64,000 nt of DNA from Tubulanus polymorphus. Taxonomy: Eukaryota > Animalia > Nemertea. Shown piece after piece: positions 11,201 through 25,300 of the stretch (within the stretch, counting starts at the first letter, position 1; each line of letters starts with the position of its first letter). The notes beneath the pieces are model-generated. The model worked only from the letters and a program-made list of their open reading frames with translations. It made no database searches and was not told the DNA's origin. Location: positions 18,699,101 through 18,763,100 of the forward strand of contig NC_134025.1 in assembly GCF_964204645.1 (NCBI RefSeq), read 5' to 3'. Both the position numbers and the translations under genes were made by a program.

Positions 11201-14200
11201 AACGCTATTTTTAGCAGATTCGACGACTCTTAACGCGCCTCTCTCGCCGCAGTTTCATTTAATTTTATAAAATGAACGTATTTCAGTGCTGCGGCTGGGA
11301 TTGACTGCGCGCGAGAGCGTAATTCTCTGGGATTCGAACCAGCATAATGCTGAACCGGCCGGCCGGGGCGCGTTTGTTATTATGAATTCGCCCCTGTTGC
11401 TAGAGAATTTCAGCTATTTTCAACTTGTTCGATCAACGCAGTTGATTGTTAAACTATTCTTCGACCCAATCTTGGTCGAAATTTCACAAAATGAATAAAT
11501 TCTGTAATCGCCCGATCCAAAAGTTGCCATATTTTAGTTTATGGGCTGCCGGATTTTAGCGTGACATAATTCTACTTCCGATTTCCCCAAGAACTTCAAA
11601 CCGGACATCAAGTAACATCATTTTTTAGTCAGATTAGTAATTTATTAGTCAGATTCGGTTAAAAAGACACTTCGTAGTATCCACATATACGCACATACCA
11701 CATATACCAAAAGGACGTCCTCCGGGCGCCCGGCATCCGTCTATTATTCCAGTTCTGTACCAATAATGGCAATTAGATGGATTGGCAAAGAGTCTGTTTT
11801 AATCCAGTTGAATAAGAGAGAAAATCGTCCATGTTGTGAAATTTCTTGAATTTGAATATTGCTACCATGCCTTCACCACCCTGATTTAGTTGTTGAAACT
11901 CCACAACAAAAATAACTTGTCGGCATGGTGACAATGTTCAAATTCAAGAAATTTTACAAAATGGATGATTTTCTCTTCTATTCAACTGGATTAAAACAAA
12001 CTCGAATAATATCGGATATTCATTTGTTGTCCGCGATTTTTTTTGCATTCTGTTTAGACCTAAATGGAGTATGTACCCCAAAAAGTTAGAGAAATATCTC
12101 ATTGGACATTAGTATCTAGCCGTTGTTCCTCAAACAACGTCTAGGGCCAAAGTGCACATATAAGATTAATTTGAGCGTCAATTTCACCCCTTAAAACACC
12201 ATCAACTTACCTTAAATGCACATTAATCCAATACAAAGGAAGTTAACTATTGATTCTGTGTGAATTTGTAATCCAAAATAGTTTTTGATGATTGAAGTGA
12301 CTCGAAACATATGACAAGTCACCTCGTCGAAGCACAGTTCAAGTGAGCAAACATGGTGGATGTGGTTGTGTAATTGTGGGAATTTACGGATTCGGACTTG
12401 GATCATTGCAAATGGCTGATTTATTTACAGATTTTTTTCTTATTTCAAATTTGGAAGAGTAGGCCTAAATCATTCAAATAAACATGTTCTATCAATAAAA
12501 AGTAACATCTTATATGATAATACCGAATTGTCAAAGTGACTGCTTCGTCGTTACAGGACGTATCGCCCTGCAAATTTTCCTGGTGGTAGATCTCGACGTG
12601 TTTTTTATCGCTTGGGCATGGTTTCCAATGGAAATGTATTCTGGAATTTATGTGGTGGGCCATTTACCAAATTTTTGGTAGTCTCTCCTACTGTTCACAG
12701 AGGGCGTATGGGTCTGCTGGCATAGCCACTGACTTGAGTTGTCAGTTGATACAGTACGAGTTACTGCTGCCTTTATGACCCAGCTGCCAGGTCACGAAAC
12801 AGTTTTTTAAATGTTAAAGATGATAGTAAATAAAAGCGTGGTGCCAAAGAGCTTGGCTTTTGATGTGTCGCAGTTCATGGTCTTTGTAGCCACGACCTCT
12901 GAAGAGTACTTTAAGGACGGTTCCAGACGCTGCGTGTAGGTCCGAATCGTAACTGCAGATTCGCCAGAACCGGAGAATTTGACTTTTAACTATATTGGAA
13001 AATGTATGCTTAAGGTGAAACGAAGATCGATGAAGTAATTGATGTGAATCGGTTGGTTTGAAGTAGACTTCGGTGTTTGTTATACCACTTGTCTCGAATC
13101 GAAGGTTTTTGAAAGTGGCCACGTTCAGGATGTTTCATGGATTGGCTTACTGTTGGTAGTACATCGATGAATTGCATCAACGTTTCACGACCATGTTCCC
13201 AAACCATGTAGATATCATCGATGAACCTAGCATATAGCGATGGTTGGAGTTCGCTTCTGGACAGACCTTCTTTTTCCCATTCAGCTACAAAGATATTTGC
13301 ATTAGAAGGAGCAAAACGCTTACACCTTTTTCCTGTAGATATGTATTTTCGTTGAAGTTAAAGTCAGGTTTTCTTCAGGCTGATCTCGAGTAGTTTCAGC
13401 AACTCGGCATCCTGGGTTCAGGTTATCTCAATGAGCTTGTCGAATGCTGGCAATACCCTCTTCGTGGGGGATGTTGGTGTAGACCGATAGCGAATCGATA
13501 TCCATGGCAATGAGTAATGCATCGGCGCTAAATTGTTAACCTGCCAAAATATCTAAAAGATGGTTGGTGTCATTGACGTATGACAGGTGACTACAGCCTT
13601 TATCACCTGCCTTTATTACCAGGGAGGTCTAGGGATTCAAAACCAGTAATTTTTGGCTTGATGAGAACAGCTTTGAATGAATACGACCAAGTCAATAAAA
13701 TAGGTTATACAGGGATGAAAATATTACGCGGAAATGGGCGAGTCCGCAGTTTGATATCTATTTTTATCATTCTTGTGATTCATGTAGATCCGTTGAGAAA
13801 TTGGAGGGTGGTACCTGGTAGTGTATATAGTTTTGAGGAAAATTTGTGAGTTGAGATCATAGCACACTTAATGAACAGACGGTAAAAGCATCTGAACCGG
13901 TGCTACGATCTCTAAATTGCTCATATACAACGTCGTTGCGAAACATCAAGCCACCTGTCAGCGCGAGTTTCAACAAATTAATAATTGTATATAATACCGC
14001 TGCGCAGGAGATTTATTTCTTGAATTTGCAGTCGCGTTCATTATTTTAATATCTAAAACATGCAGCTAGGGCTTCAACGTAATTTGTCTCACTATATGTA
14101 TATAACATTTGGATATAGTCAGAGCCATCCTTTTCATTTACTCGAGACATAAACAACAAATGATCAACCGCGCGTGGCAGCAGTCTATTTTGTTTAGTCA

Positions 14201-17200
14201 ATGCTGGAAAATGGGCCTCAGATGCTCCAAAAACCCCTTGAATTTCAAAATTTTCTTGGGGGGGGGGGGGGGGGCGTGAACCTGCGGTATCATCTACCGT
14301 TTTACTTCCGGGTTTTCTCATCCTTCTTGACATTGGATCTTCCTCGTGCATTATCTGACTCCTCGTGAGATGTTTTTTGCCCCCGACATCTTGATGGTTA
14401 AGATGTCCAAAAGAAACTTTCGTACATCTCTGTGGAGGCTAGTAGGGTGCCATTTGCTACAGAAGTCGCATTTAATTCTTTTGCAGCAACACAAATTATT
14501 CGTGGTAATGAATCCTTTCCATTAAACATGGGTTTTGAAGAATTTTCTACACTGGTCCAAAATTGTGATTGGACATAGAGCACTTACGGTTAGACTTACT
14601 GATACTAGTTTTAAAACTTCTAGCTCTTACACCAGGGGTTGAATTACACCAGGGTGGCCATTTTGAATTATCTTGTTAGTAATTCCAAAATATATTTTCG
14701 GTCTGCACCTTGCCTCTGAAGCCCCCTGAAATTCCTGGAATTCACCATATATCCCAAAAACAGCCAATCACATTTCGCTTGTAGAGACAATTCCCCCAAT
14801 CAAGATCATCGCAATTTTGTATGCAAGAGCTAAGAATTTTCCCGCAAAAACAGTTGATTGAGAAATTTTAACCATGCCAACCATGTCATCGATGGAGGTT
14901 TTTCATGTCTTCAATCGCCTCAATTATATGTCATTTAGGCTGCAAAACCAATGAAAAAAATTTTCACATAAAGATACATTCCCCGATTTTACATATAACT
15001 GGCTCAATGCCAACTCTTATCGCTCACAAATGTGACTGGTTCCCTTGGCCAAAACTGGGATTGGAAAATGTTAAAATAACATCCTCGATAAAGTATATCA
15101 CACTAAAACGTAGGTCCCATTGGACTGACTGAAATTTATTTTACGATTCAGTGCATTGCACATCCAGAGTAAAATATAAAAGAAGTATTGCATCGAAGGT
15201 TTAATGAAAAGATATCTAAAATGAGAAATGTAAACCACACTAAACATGCATGTAGAATATTATTACCACCGTATATTTTTGATAGGCTGATTATTAGAGT
15301 TCACATGGTATGCACCGAGAAATCTTGCCTAAAAAGAGGTACACTTCTCACTTAAAGTTCAATAGTATGCACAGAGGGAGACTACATGCTCTCTCTCAGG
15401 GATAGCTGCAGCACGTGTCAGTGATGCGGCATGTTGAGGACCAATATTTGGGGTATAACAGGGTTCACAGCTTTAGTAACACTCCAATCACATCGCCGAT
15501 AACGCATCCTTTATGTTTTGTGTCCCCAGTGACATCACGTGGAACCCATTAGACCACTGAACGTCGTAGATGTTCGACTTGTTTTGCCGCAGAACGTCCG
15601 CCAACATCCTCAGTACAATAGCGCCACATATATTTTGAGGGGGTCAAAGGTCAAACTTTTTACCAATGATTGACCAAATCTATACAGCGATGGAAAGCCT
15701 GTATAATTATCTGAAAGAAGAACCAATGGTTGTAATGCATCATTTGCAGTGGTTTTCACACTGCATCTCTTCTTATCTTAAATGCAAATTCAATTGGCTT
15801 ATGAAAGCATTTTTTATTCTGGAACATGAATATGAAGTCACTGCGTCTAATGGGTTAACACAATAAATCATAGAAAAAGTGGTGCAAGTACTGGTGAGAA
15901 CAAAGAATAACATGACTTAAATATAAAAATGTACTTACTCCCTCACAGAAAGGTAAAACCAAAGAGCGTGAACACATAATGCCTAGACGTATCAGCCCCA
16001 CTCCGCGCAGTTGCGCCACGGCGCGGGATTTACGCGAAGCAGCAATCACAAACATGGCCACTCTCTCAATTTTCAATGATAGAAATCGTGTGTGCATTTC
16101 AATTATTTCGGCTGTTAGGGTTTTAGGGCACAATGTAAGTTGATGATGTGATATGGCGATGTTAATTAATGATAATTCCGCAATGATGCTAGTCACGAAC
16201 GGTGCCGATTGAGCGTACAGCTGCAAAAAACACTAAAATGTGCGTCGTTGCGTAACTATTTGCAGTGAATTGCAGACGAAATATGAAGCCTTAACGGCCG
16301 TTTAAAAAAAAATTATACCAATCGCAATTTTAAAATAAAAATGGGATAGAACCTAAAAAATTCAGGCCATTTCTAAAATGTTATTACTAATTTTTAGTCA
16401 GTGCCGAACGTTAAGTTTTCCAACAATAATGAGGGGTGGTAGGTAGTCATGCAATTCAAGTCATCATTTATTACACGCTAGTTCCTTGTTGTTGAAAATC
16501 TCGCGAGTCCTGGACCAAACCCCATTGAGCAATGTGATCTGTGTGCACTACACTACCCATTACACACTCCAGTACCCACAGCTTTCATATATCCATCCAA
16601 ATATTTAGAGTGTCTTTCTTCCTGGATTTGTTTAATAATCTTTGAATGTCTTAACAATGCCACACCTATGTATCTTCAGGAGTTATTGACTTTATACAAA
16701 TCTGCTAGAACACTCCTACACGCCTGGAGGTGCATGCCCCTAAACATAGCATTTGCAGTACAGATTTTGTAAATGCTGCACCAATTACATAATTCTCTAC
16801 CGCTGTCATTAACTCAATAACTACGTTAAGCCGCTGTCAGCAGCTCGCCGGTATTTCCCATTGCATACGGAAAGCCGCTGAGAGCGGCTTTCTTGAATTT
16901 CACGAATGTTAACACTGCCTACATTCAAACTACATGTGATTTTAACCAATCAGAATGCAAGTAAACATTATCATAAATTATGTGAGGGAAATCCATGGAA
17001 TCCTCTACGCAACGCGTCATAGACACTATTGATCATGAGAAGTACCAGAGGGGGAATCCCCTGTTAACCAAAATGGAGGAAATTCAGTCTGCTGCTCGCG
17101 ATTTTTGAATTTGGGTATTCCGGATTGAATGAGTTAGGAGAATCTAAGTAGTCATCAGGGGTACTAAGAAACCCTGAGGATGGGTTATCTGGTATCCCCA

Positions 17201-20200
17201 TAGATACACCCTAACCGTTATTTCAATGATAGAAGGTTCTAGAACGATGACCACACTCAAACGTGGTGAACGGATAGGTGTCACACCTGACGATGATCTC
17301 TAGGGTGAGATCGAAACGTTGTGTCTTTTAAATATTTTAGATTTAATAAATAAATTCTGGTTTTTAAATTCTTTAAATCTTTAAATAGTGGGATTTTATC
17401 TTATTATAGAAGGTTCTCTTTGGTAATGAATGGATTTTGATTTTTTCAGGAAAGACCTCCATCATTAAAAGATATACAGAAGGTAAACATTTTCAGTTCA
17501 AATTTTTTTTCAGTCATAAAAGTGTTGTAATTCTCCAGCTAAAATACCAATTATCCTTTCTTTGAGTGGGGGTTGGGTAAAAGTTCATGAAGTTGCCTAA
17601 ATCAAGTATACTCCAAACATCTGTGCCCAGTAAAGCTCGTCTAACTCCGGCAAAATTCGTCCGAGGTAAGGAAAGTCTTTTGTTAAAGATAGGGAAATGC
17701 ATCAGGAAGTCAGAAAAATGATTTCATTTTTGTCTGAGTTCGTTAAAAGTCCACGCTAGCCATGTCCAAGTAGGCGAGGTTCACTATATTATAAACATTT
17801 TATTCAGTACTACTGCAGTCAAAGCTCATTATAACACAGTATATAATTATGTCGTAATATGAATATTCACCTGGTATTCATTGGCCAGAATTAGAACCAA
17901 AACATTATCTAGATTCCAAAAAGATTCATTTAGTCCAGGAGCAATTCACCCGAGTACCTCTGGTTATAGGGATCATCACAATAAATTAGTGAGGATGTCA
18001 AGTCAAGGGCTGAACAAGGGACCAGTCATTTATTACGTACGCATGATGGGCGGTTATGTCTGATCCGTACAGGGTCTGTACAGGGGAGGGGGTTCAATTA
18101 TATGTTATGATGACATATCAGCGTAAAGTCTATGACGTCATGCCAATGCTAATAAAATTGATCGAAAGTCGCAGTAAAAAAAAGTGCATCAGACTCATCT
18201 CATTTTCACAGCACCTTCAAATTGTCACTCCGTTCACGTAAAACATTAGAAACAGTTGAAAATTACTCAAAATAATGTGTCAATTATTCCCTACAAGAAA
18301 GCATCACAAGATTTCTGATTTAATGGTCCAAACAGTTATTCTATCGCATTTTTTCTTGTTAGTTATGTGGCAGATGAGAGGGGGTTAAGCAATCGCGTAG
18401 TGATATATCCGCATTGACATCGGCAGTAAAGAATCGGGAATGGCCACTTTTGAATAGTTTCACCTTGACTTATTCTAGGTCAACTTGTACATCACCATAT
18501 ACAATATAGTATTCTGTAAGAACCCTCACTTTGACCCATCATCGTAACCTTAGCTCAGGCGTGAGAAATCTATTTTTGTTTCATTCAATATTTTGTCAAA
18601 ATGATTTCATTTATCAAAATCGCTGTGTCTCTGAATAGCAATACCTCACACCCTGACCCAGATACTAGCTACTGGAGAATTATATCAATAGTACTTTTAT
18701 TATTAAGAGGTGACGAGATTCCATCCCCGGCTTTCAGCTAATGCTAATTTCAGGAATTTCTACTTGTGTATGATATCAGAAAACTGATTGTACATCGAAG
18801 ATATTCTTGATGTTTCCTTTTTATACAACACTCAATCATTAAAGAAAAAGGAAAATAGAAAATGATTGTAATACAATTTTAAAACTTCTCCCAGAATAAT
18901 TCAAGGAATTTTTGGAAAAATTGCCTTTCCAACTGATTATGAGGGGAAAATGAAAACAGCATTATTAATCCTGATTTTCTCATGTTACTATTTTGCAGTT
19001 CAACTTGGTCATAATGACGTCATATTTTGTATCTATCAAATTTTAGGATTTTTCTCTCCAAATTACAAGCTGACAATTGGTGTTGACTTTGCATTGAAGA
19101 CATTGCAGTGGGATGAACATACAAAAGTTAATCTGCAGTTGTGGTAAATATTTATGCATTTATAAATTACCAGTTGCAAAGGTCATTTACAAATTAAAAG
19201 AATTAAAAGAAAGAATTTTATCTAATGGATTGAGGAAGATTAATTCTTGAACTCTTGTTTTATTGAAGAAGAAAAGTAAAAGGCATAACAGGATTTTTAT
19301 ATGGACTGCTTGTAGTCTATAACAACATCCTCCCACTGCTATCTGAGTCAACAGTTGTCATATGATCAGATTTACTTAAACAGCACGGTTGCAATGCTTC
19401 ATCTCAGTTGTGTCACTTGTGTCACATCCGGACAGATTGGTCGTGGGCCTATTGAATAACAACCCTCCTAAATGTCGAAAATTTTGTTTTGAAGTTCAAT
19501 CCAATGAGCCCGTTAATAAACGCAACAATTATACTCCGGTAGGCCTAAAGCCGAGTAAAACTCGATAAACACTTCAAGCGACATAGCGAACGATCTCCTT
19601 ACCCCCACAGCAAACGCTTACTCCAAATTTCAAGTGTGAGTCCAGCATACGGAAAGGAGTGTGTTATATACTTGTATTTAGTAAATACCTTGTGCATTTG
19701 ACAATGATCGGTATGTACTGTAGGAAATATAGAGTATTGATGGTATTGATATAGAGGTTGAAGCCCGCGGCCGAATAAAGTAATATATTCTTTTATTTTG
19801 ATACCTCGTCGACATAACAGCTTTTCTCCGCTATATCTCTTCGGCGTGTTTAGTTTAGGCCTACGACTCTACAGTACACTAAAGATTTTTTTTAGTAAAT
19901 ACATGGTTAATTTGGTAAAGAAAAATAGGTATTGTTAAACTAACTCCTTGAAACCCGCAGCCAAATCACTGGTAGTAATAAACGAATTTGTACTCGATTT
20001 GATTCTCATGATAAGGGGAAACTCGCAGCTGATCCCCGAAACGACGATGTAGTGACACACGTCGATTCGTCGATGTTTACGGCTCGAAAGTGCTTTTAAA
20101 GTAGTAAATTTCCAGTGTATCGGTAATATGATTTGATGAGGAAAATGGGCTATTGTTAAAATTACTGTTTGAAGACCGCGGCCGAATGTGAAGTCTGCGG

Positions 20201-22275
20201 CAATAAATTAGTTCATTTTTACTTGAATTGATAATCGAAGTGACAATCGGCCTGCGGGTTGATTTCGGGATGACTCGAAAAACATGTCGCCCCATTGGAT
20301 GGGGCTAAATTTTCGATGTTTACGGCCCGACAGTGCTTTTGTAACGATGATTCGTGAAAAAACATGCGGAGTATTTGTAGATCTCAGTGAGCTGAACGAT
20401 ATCATACGGATTGTATCGACAACAGCGGCAAGGTAACAAAGCCTTAGTTCTTTTAGTGAAAATAGTGTGACATGAAATAATAATAAGAACAAACATGCGA
20501 ATCTCAATAGGGTTTTCTTAGATGTAACAGAAAACCCTAAATATAGCTGCAAAGCAGCGATAAAGGGTTTCTGCCTTGCCGGGTTAAATACCATACTAGG
20601 AAGGTTGCAAAAGATTTCACTGAAATCAGTTCATTACGTACTACTATCTGAGAAGAAGCGCCACCTAGGGGTCAGCCTGTATCATGGGTCAGCCCATATC
20701 ATGGATATGTTGACCCATGGCTCGTAAGTGCAAAGTAATGATGTACCAAGTTTAGGGAAAATAACTTCAAGAAAATAGGTGATACAGTGTTCTACCATTC
20801 CCTCGTAACAAAGTACATGTGTATCAATTTTCATAAAAATCCCTCCATCCGATAAGTAGATATCAATGAAAATGCATTTCCAACAATTTGTAGGTAGCGC
20901 TACTGGAGCACCATATGAGTTACCTACTTAAACCTTACACTAATACAAGTGTCTTGTAAAGGGGTACTAACCACACATTGCAACCTCGATTCTATCACCA
21001 ACGGTTAAGGACCTAGGAGCAAAAATCGTCTTCACAGTTTTCACAGTCCCCAGGTGGCAGTTGTATGAACTGATCATGCAGGTTGGCATATTACACACGT
21101 GTCTTTGTACTTATACCAAGTTTTGTGATTTTCATAATAAACAGACCGCATTACATACGAAAAATGGATGCGGAAATCGATTTTTCAAAATTTACGCCCC
21201 CTAGTGGTTAAAATAGGAACTAATCATGTGAGGGGTTCGTTGCATTTACTAACCAGGTACATGTGTATCAATTTTTATAGAAATCCATTGATACCCTTAG
21301 TCGATATAGATGAAAATGTGTTTTCCAGCGTCTTGTAGGTGGCGCTACTGGAGAACCATATGAGTTACATAGTTATACCATACATCAATACAAGCATCCT
21401 GTCAAGGGCTACTGATCACTCCTTACAACCACAATTCTATCTCCACCGGTTAAGGAGCTAGGAGCAAAAATCTGTTTGAAAAATTTGGGGTCCCATTTTC
21501 GAGCCCGTAGAGCCCAAACGGTTAATCGCAGATAGGACGTGCTATTGACTTCTTTAGCCTCCGGGCTGTCATGAACAACTATTGTGCCCGGCCGAAGCTG
21601 AAAACTCAAAGACAAAAATTTTTCTCACAGTAACTTTTCGATGTCAGAATTTTCAAAAGTAAAACGCCCCCTGGTGGGTTAACGGGGTCCCCAATCAAAG
21701 AGCCATTAGACTTACCTCAAGGTACCTGAATTCTGTACATCTCACGTTTCGTGTTTCAAGTAAAACCGTTGAGCAATATTCTTGTTACTAGCCAAATTCG
21801 AAGTATTAAAGCCTATGATGCTCACTACTAGTGTTGCCAGCTCTCTAACTTGTATACGGCACAAACACAAACAAGGTTATTAAAAATTCCTCAGTTGCGT
21901 TCAGTCGAGCAATGTCCTAATTCAACAATCGATTCGTAGAAGGAAGAGATAAAAATATCACCACTGCTTACGTGTTTACTACAGATCTACAACAACTCAG
22001 CTCTATCTATATAAGGACACAGACACAAACACACGTATTTAGGAGGCGCTGTGGGAATGACACGTAGGCAATACACATACGTATATGGATACTGTTTGAA
22101 TCGGGCTTAAATTTTGATGTTTAGAGGCTCACAGTGAGTAAAGTGCAATTCTAATTAATATCATATACAGTATTTGTCAATGCAGCGTAGTACTTGTGAT
22201 ACAGAATGGTTTCACCGACAGTGAAAGTAAATTGAAGTTGTTTATATCCTTTCAGTATGATCCAGTGTGAAAAGA

Positions 22276-22306
<31 letters not shown>

Positions 22307-25300
22307 CAACAGAATTACAATAGGGTTTCTGCGAAAGCAGCAGAAACCCTAATAATAATAAGAAATACGCAAATCTCAATAGGGTTTTCTGTAATGTAAC
22401 AGAAAACCCTTATAATAATCACGTAAATCTCAGGGTTTTCTGTGAAGAAACAGAAAACCCTAAATATACTGCATAACAGATCTACGTAGTTTCGCCTTCT
22501 CATCTACAACAATTGGGCTGCACTTCATGGTGTCGAGTTCTTGTACATCCATTTCAAGTTCCTTTCCTTTGCACATCCTAGACCCAACAAATCAAAATAT
22601 AGAGAAATTAAAAGTTAGTGATATAATCTGGTTAGGGATCTCAACAGGAGTAAGCACCACAGTAACCATGTGAAGGTAAGTAGGCTTATTATTACTTATA
22701 ACGAGCTTTCTCTGTCAAGTCTAACGCAAGTCAACATATTCAGTATTTGCCTGTTACAAACTTCCACCCCTCATCAACCAAAGTACTTTCTTACGTGCTA
22801 TTCGTGACCTTAGTCCTTCGCATTTAAAACATTTAGTCTGTTTTCGCGAAATCTTTTCAGGGGTTGCAACTAGTTACGAGGGCAAAGTCAGCGTTTCGGT
22901 TTCTTTTTTCAACCACTTCCTCCATTTCCTACTCCCTCTGGGGTGCAGGGAAATCAAATCTTGAATGGGCTGCTCAGAAGCACCTCTATTTCAGCCAAGC
23001 GATTTTGCTTGCTGGCAGATTCTGGAGTTTTATGATTCGGTCCCCACATAATGTAATCATCGTCGACTGACTCCTCTGAAGAAATCTCAGAAGGTTTTTT
23101 GCAGCTCCCTCGGCTTCCTCCCAAGTCTTTTCTCCTGCCTAAAGACTGGGTTCTCTCCAGTTGGCTCCCAGTAGCAAGTTTTCATGTCATTGAAATGGAC
23201 TGTCTTGATGATGGGCTTTTTGTTATGAAGAGGAGTTTCCGCGATGCCCTTGTAAGACTTCAGAATACTTATGTGTCACGACATATGGCCCTGGCCATTT
23301 CCCATGGCGGATCTACTTATGCATGGGATGATATGCAGTTGTTCGCGACTTCTCAATGCCTTGTATGCTACACATGTCACTGAAAACATCTGACAAAAGT
23401 TCACCCCTGGTCAGAATAGATACTTTCTGGGCACCCATATTGGGTGGTCCATTCATCACTATCTTTCGTGCAACCGTGTGGGCCTTATCATTCCGTAGAG
23501 GCCATGCCTCTGGCCACTTCGTAAAAGCATCTTGTGCTGCTGATATATAGCAGTCACCTTTTCTTGTTTAGACGCAAGGGACCAATAATATTGACATGTA
23601 TTTGTTGGCCATACCAACCAACTGGTATTGACACAAGGTGCTTTAGACATTTTGGCAGGTGATTTACATTCGCCACATGTTCTGCACATTTTTATGAAAT
23701 GTCACACCATGGCAGTAAGTCCCATCGCCCAAAATTGTTGCCTTACTTCGAGTTCCTTTTTTGTAACTCCCACTCCCATATGCCGGCCGGCAAACCCTTG
23801 ATGCAACTCAGTGATTGCTTTTTCAGTGGTGTTCGATGGGAGAACTACACGGTGTGATCGATCTGCGGAACCTGGTAGTGGTCTGAGGACTAGTAAACCG
23901 TTTTGAAGGTGTAAACACTCAAACAAATCAAACAGGCTCCTCATCAATCTGCCACACTGCCTTAAGTTGTGTCTGTGGGTTTACCCTTTTCAACCTCCAA
24001 AGCCGTGTGAACCAACTAGATTTCTGGATCTGCCTGTTGGGCATATACTAGGTCCTTAAATGTTAACTGTATGGGGGCACTAATTTTTATGAGGTTGATA
24101 CCTGGTGATAAAGGTAGTAGGCTGACAGTTTGTCCCAGAAATTTAATTTGTTTCTTCCACAGAGAGCATTTGCTAGGTTTCAACTTCAAATTTGCCTTTG
24201 AGAAACATTTAAAAACTTGGTCGAGTCAACTTAGGTGTGATGCTAGCTCTGATGAGGATACAATCACATCATCTTAGTAGATTAAACAGGATTTCCAAGC
24301 GACCTCATCTAAAGCCATGGACAAGTCTCGAAAAACAATCAGGTGCATTGCACAACCCAAAAGGCATAACATTCCATTCATAAAGATGGCACTCCATTGT
24401 GAATGCAGTTTTAGCTTTGTCTGACTCCTTAATCGTCACCTGCCAGTATCCACACATTAAATCCAACGTGCTATACCATGTGGCACCTGCCAACGCTTTG
24501 AGCGTGCTGTCAATACGACCTTCAGGGTGGGAATCTTTGACGGTTTTCTGATTGAGTTTACGGTAATCCCAGCCTCAAGTCTCAAAAAATTGTCTGCCTT
24601 TTTGGCCAGCACAATTGGGCTTGCCCACGCACTGTGCGAATGGCGTATTACCCCATTCTCCAGCAGCTTCTCAGTCTGACCTTCGACAAATTCTCGTCTT
24701 GCAATGTAAATGTCTTGGTCTGTCTTGTGGGTTTGCATTATCAGCATTTATCTCGAATTCCATCGGTGGGGTATGGTCGTTGTGGGAGTTACCAAATATT
24801 TCAGAACCAGGAGGAATATACTGGGTCTTCTTCAGAAAAACACCACATGTACTGGTGCGTTTTCGGTTTCGGCATAGGGGAACTTCGATTAGTCCCATCT
24901 AGAGGGTCCCTTTTCCACAATCTATGTTGCATCTCAATCTCGTCAGGAAGTCATTATCCCAATGAACAGTCTTGTGCAAGGTCGTCTGAGATAACCATCA
25001 GGAATTCTAAGCCACTTATCCCATGAGTTGCATCGGCAATCCCCCGTATACACATATCCTGCCCATTTGCAGTGGTAACGCTATCATTCTGCTCGACTAC
25101 CCCTAGGTTGGCTGGCCTCCCAGGATTTTGAGTGAAGTAAGGTACAACCAGCGCCTGTGTCCAATGAAGCAGCGGCCCATGCCTTGTTTGTCTGGATATT
25201 ACAATAAAGGGCAGCGTCATGCAATTCAATATCACCAATATTTAAAATCTGTGGAGGTGGGTCATAGAAACCCTTTTTCTCACTCTCAGTACCAGGTGGT

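Noticed and set aside
15360-15640. GC-richer segment that looks like decayed coding sequence on the minus strand
   Set aside because: Stops in all frames and no motif I could assign.
17170-17205. Second CTGAGGA motif near the hammerhead
   Set aside because: No GAAA box follows the putative stem II.
18950-19046. N-terminal part of ORF 18950-19147 resembling a signal peptide (MKTALLILIFSC...)
   Set aside because: It is intron sequence in frame with Rab exon 3. The real exon starts at the acceptor at 19047.
22486-22540. Possible minus-strand hammerhead (GCC...GGC-GAAA-CTACGTAG)
   Set aside because: The CUGANGA box is absent (ATGAAGT) and there is no UH after stem III. At best a dead relic.
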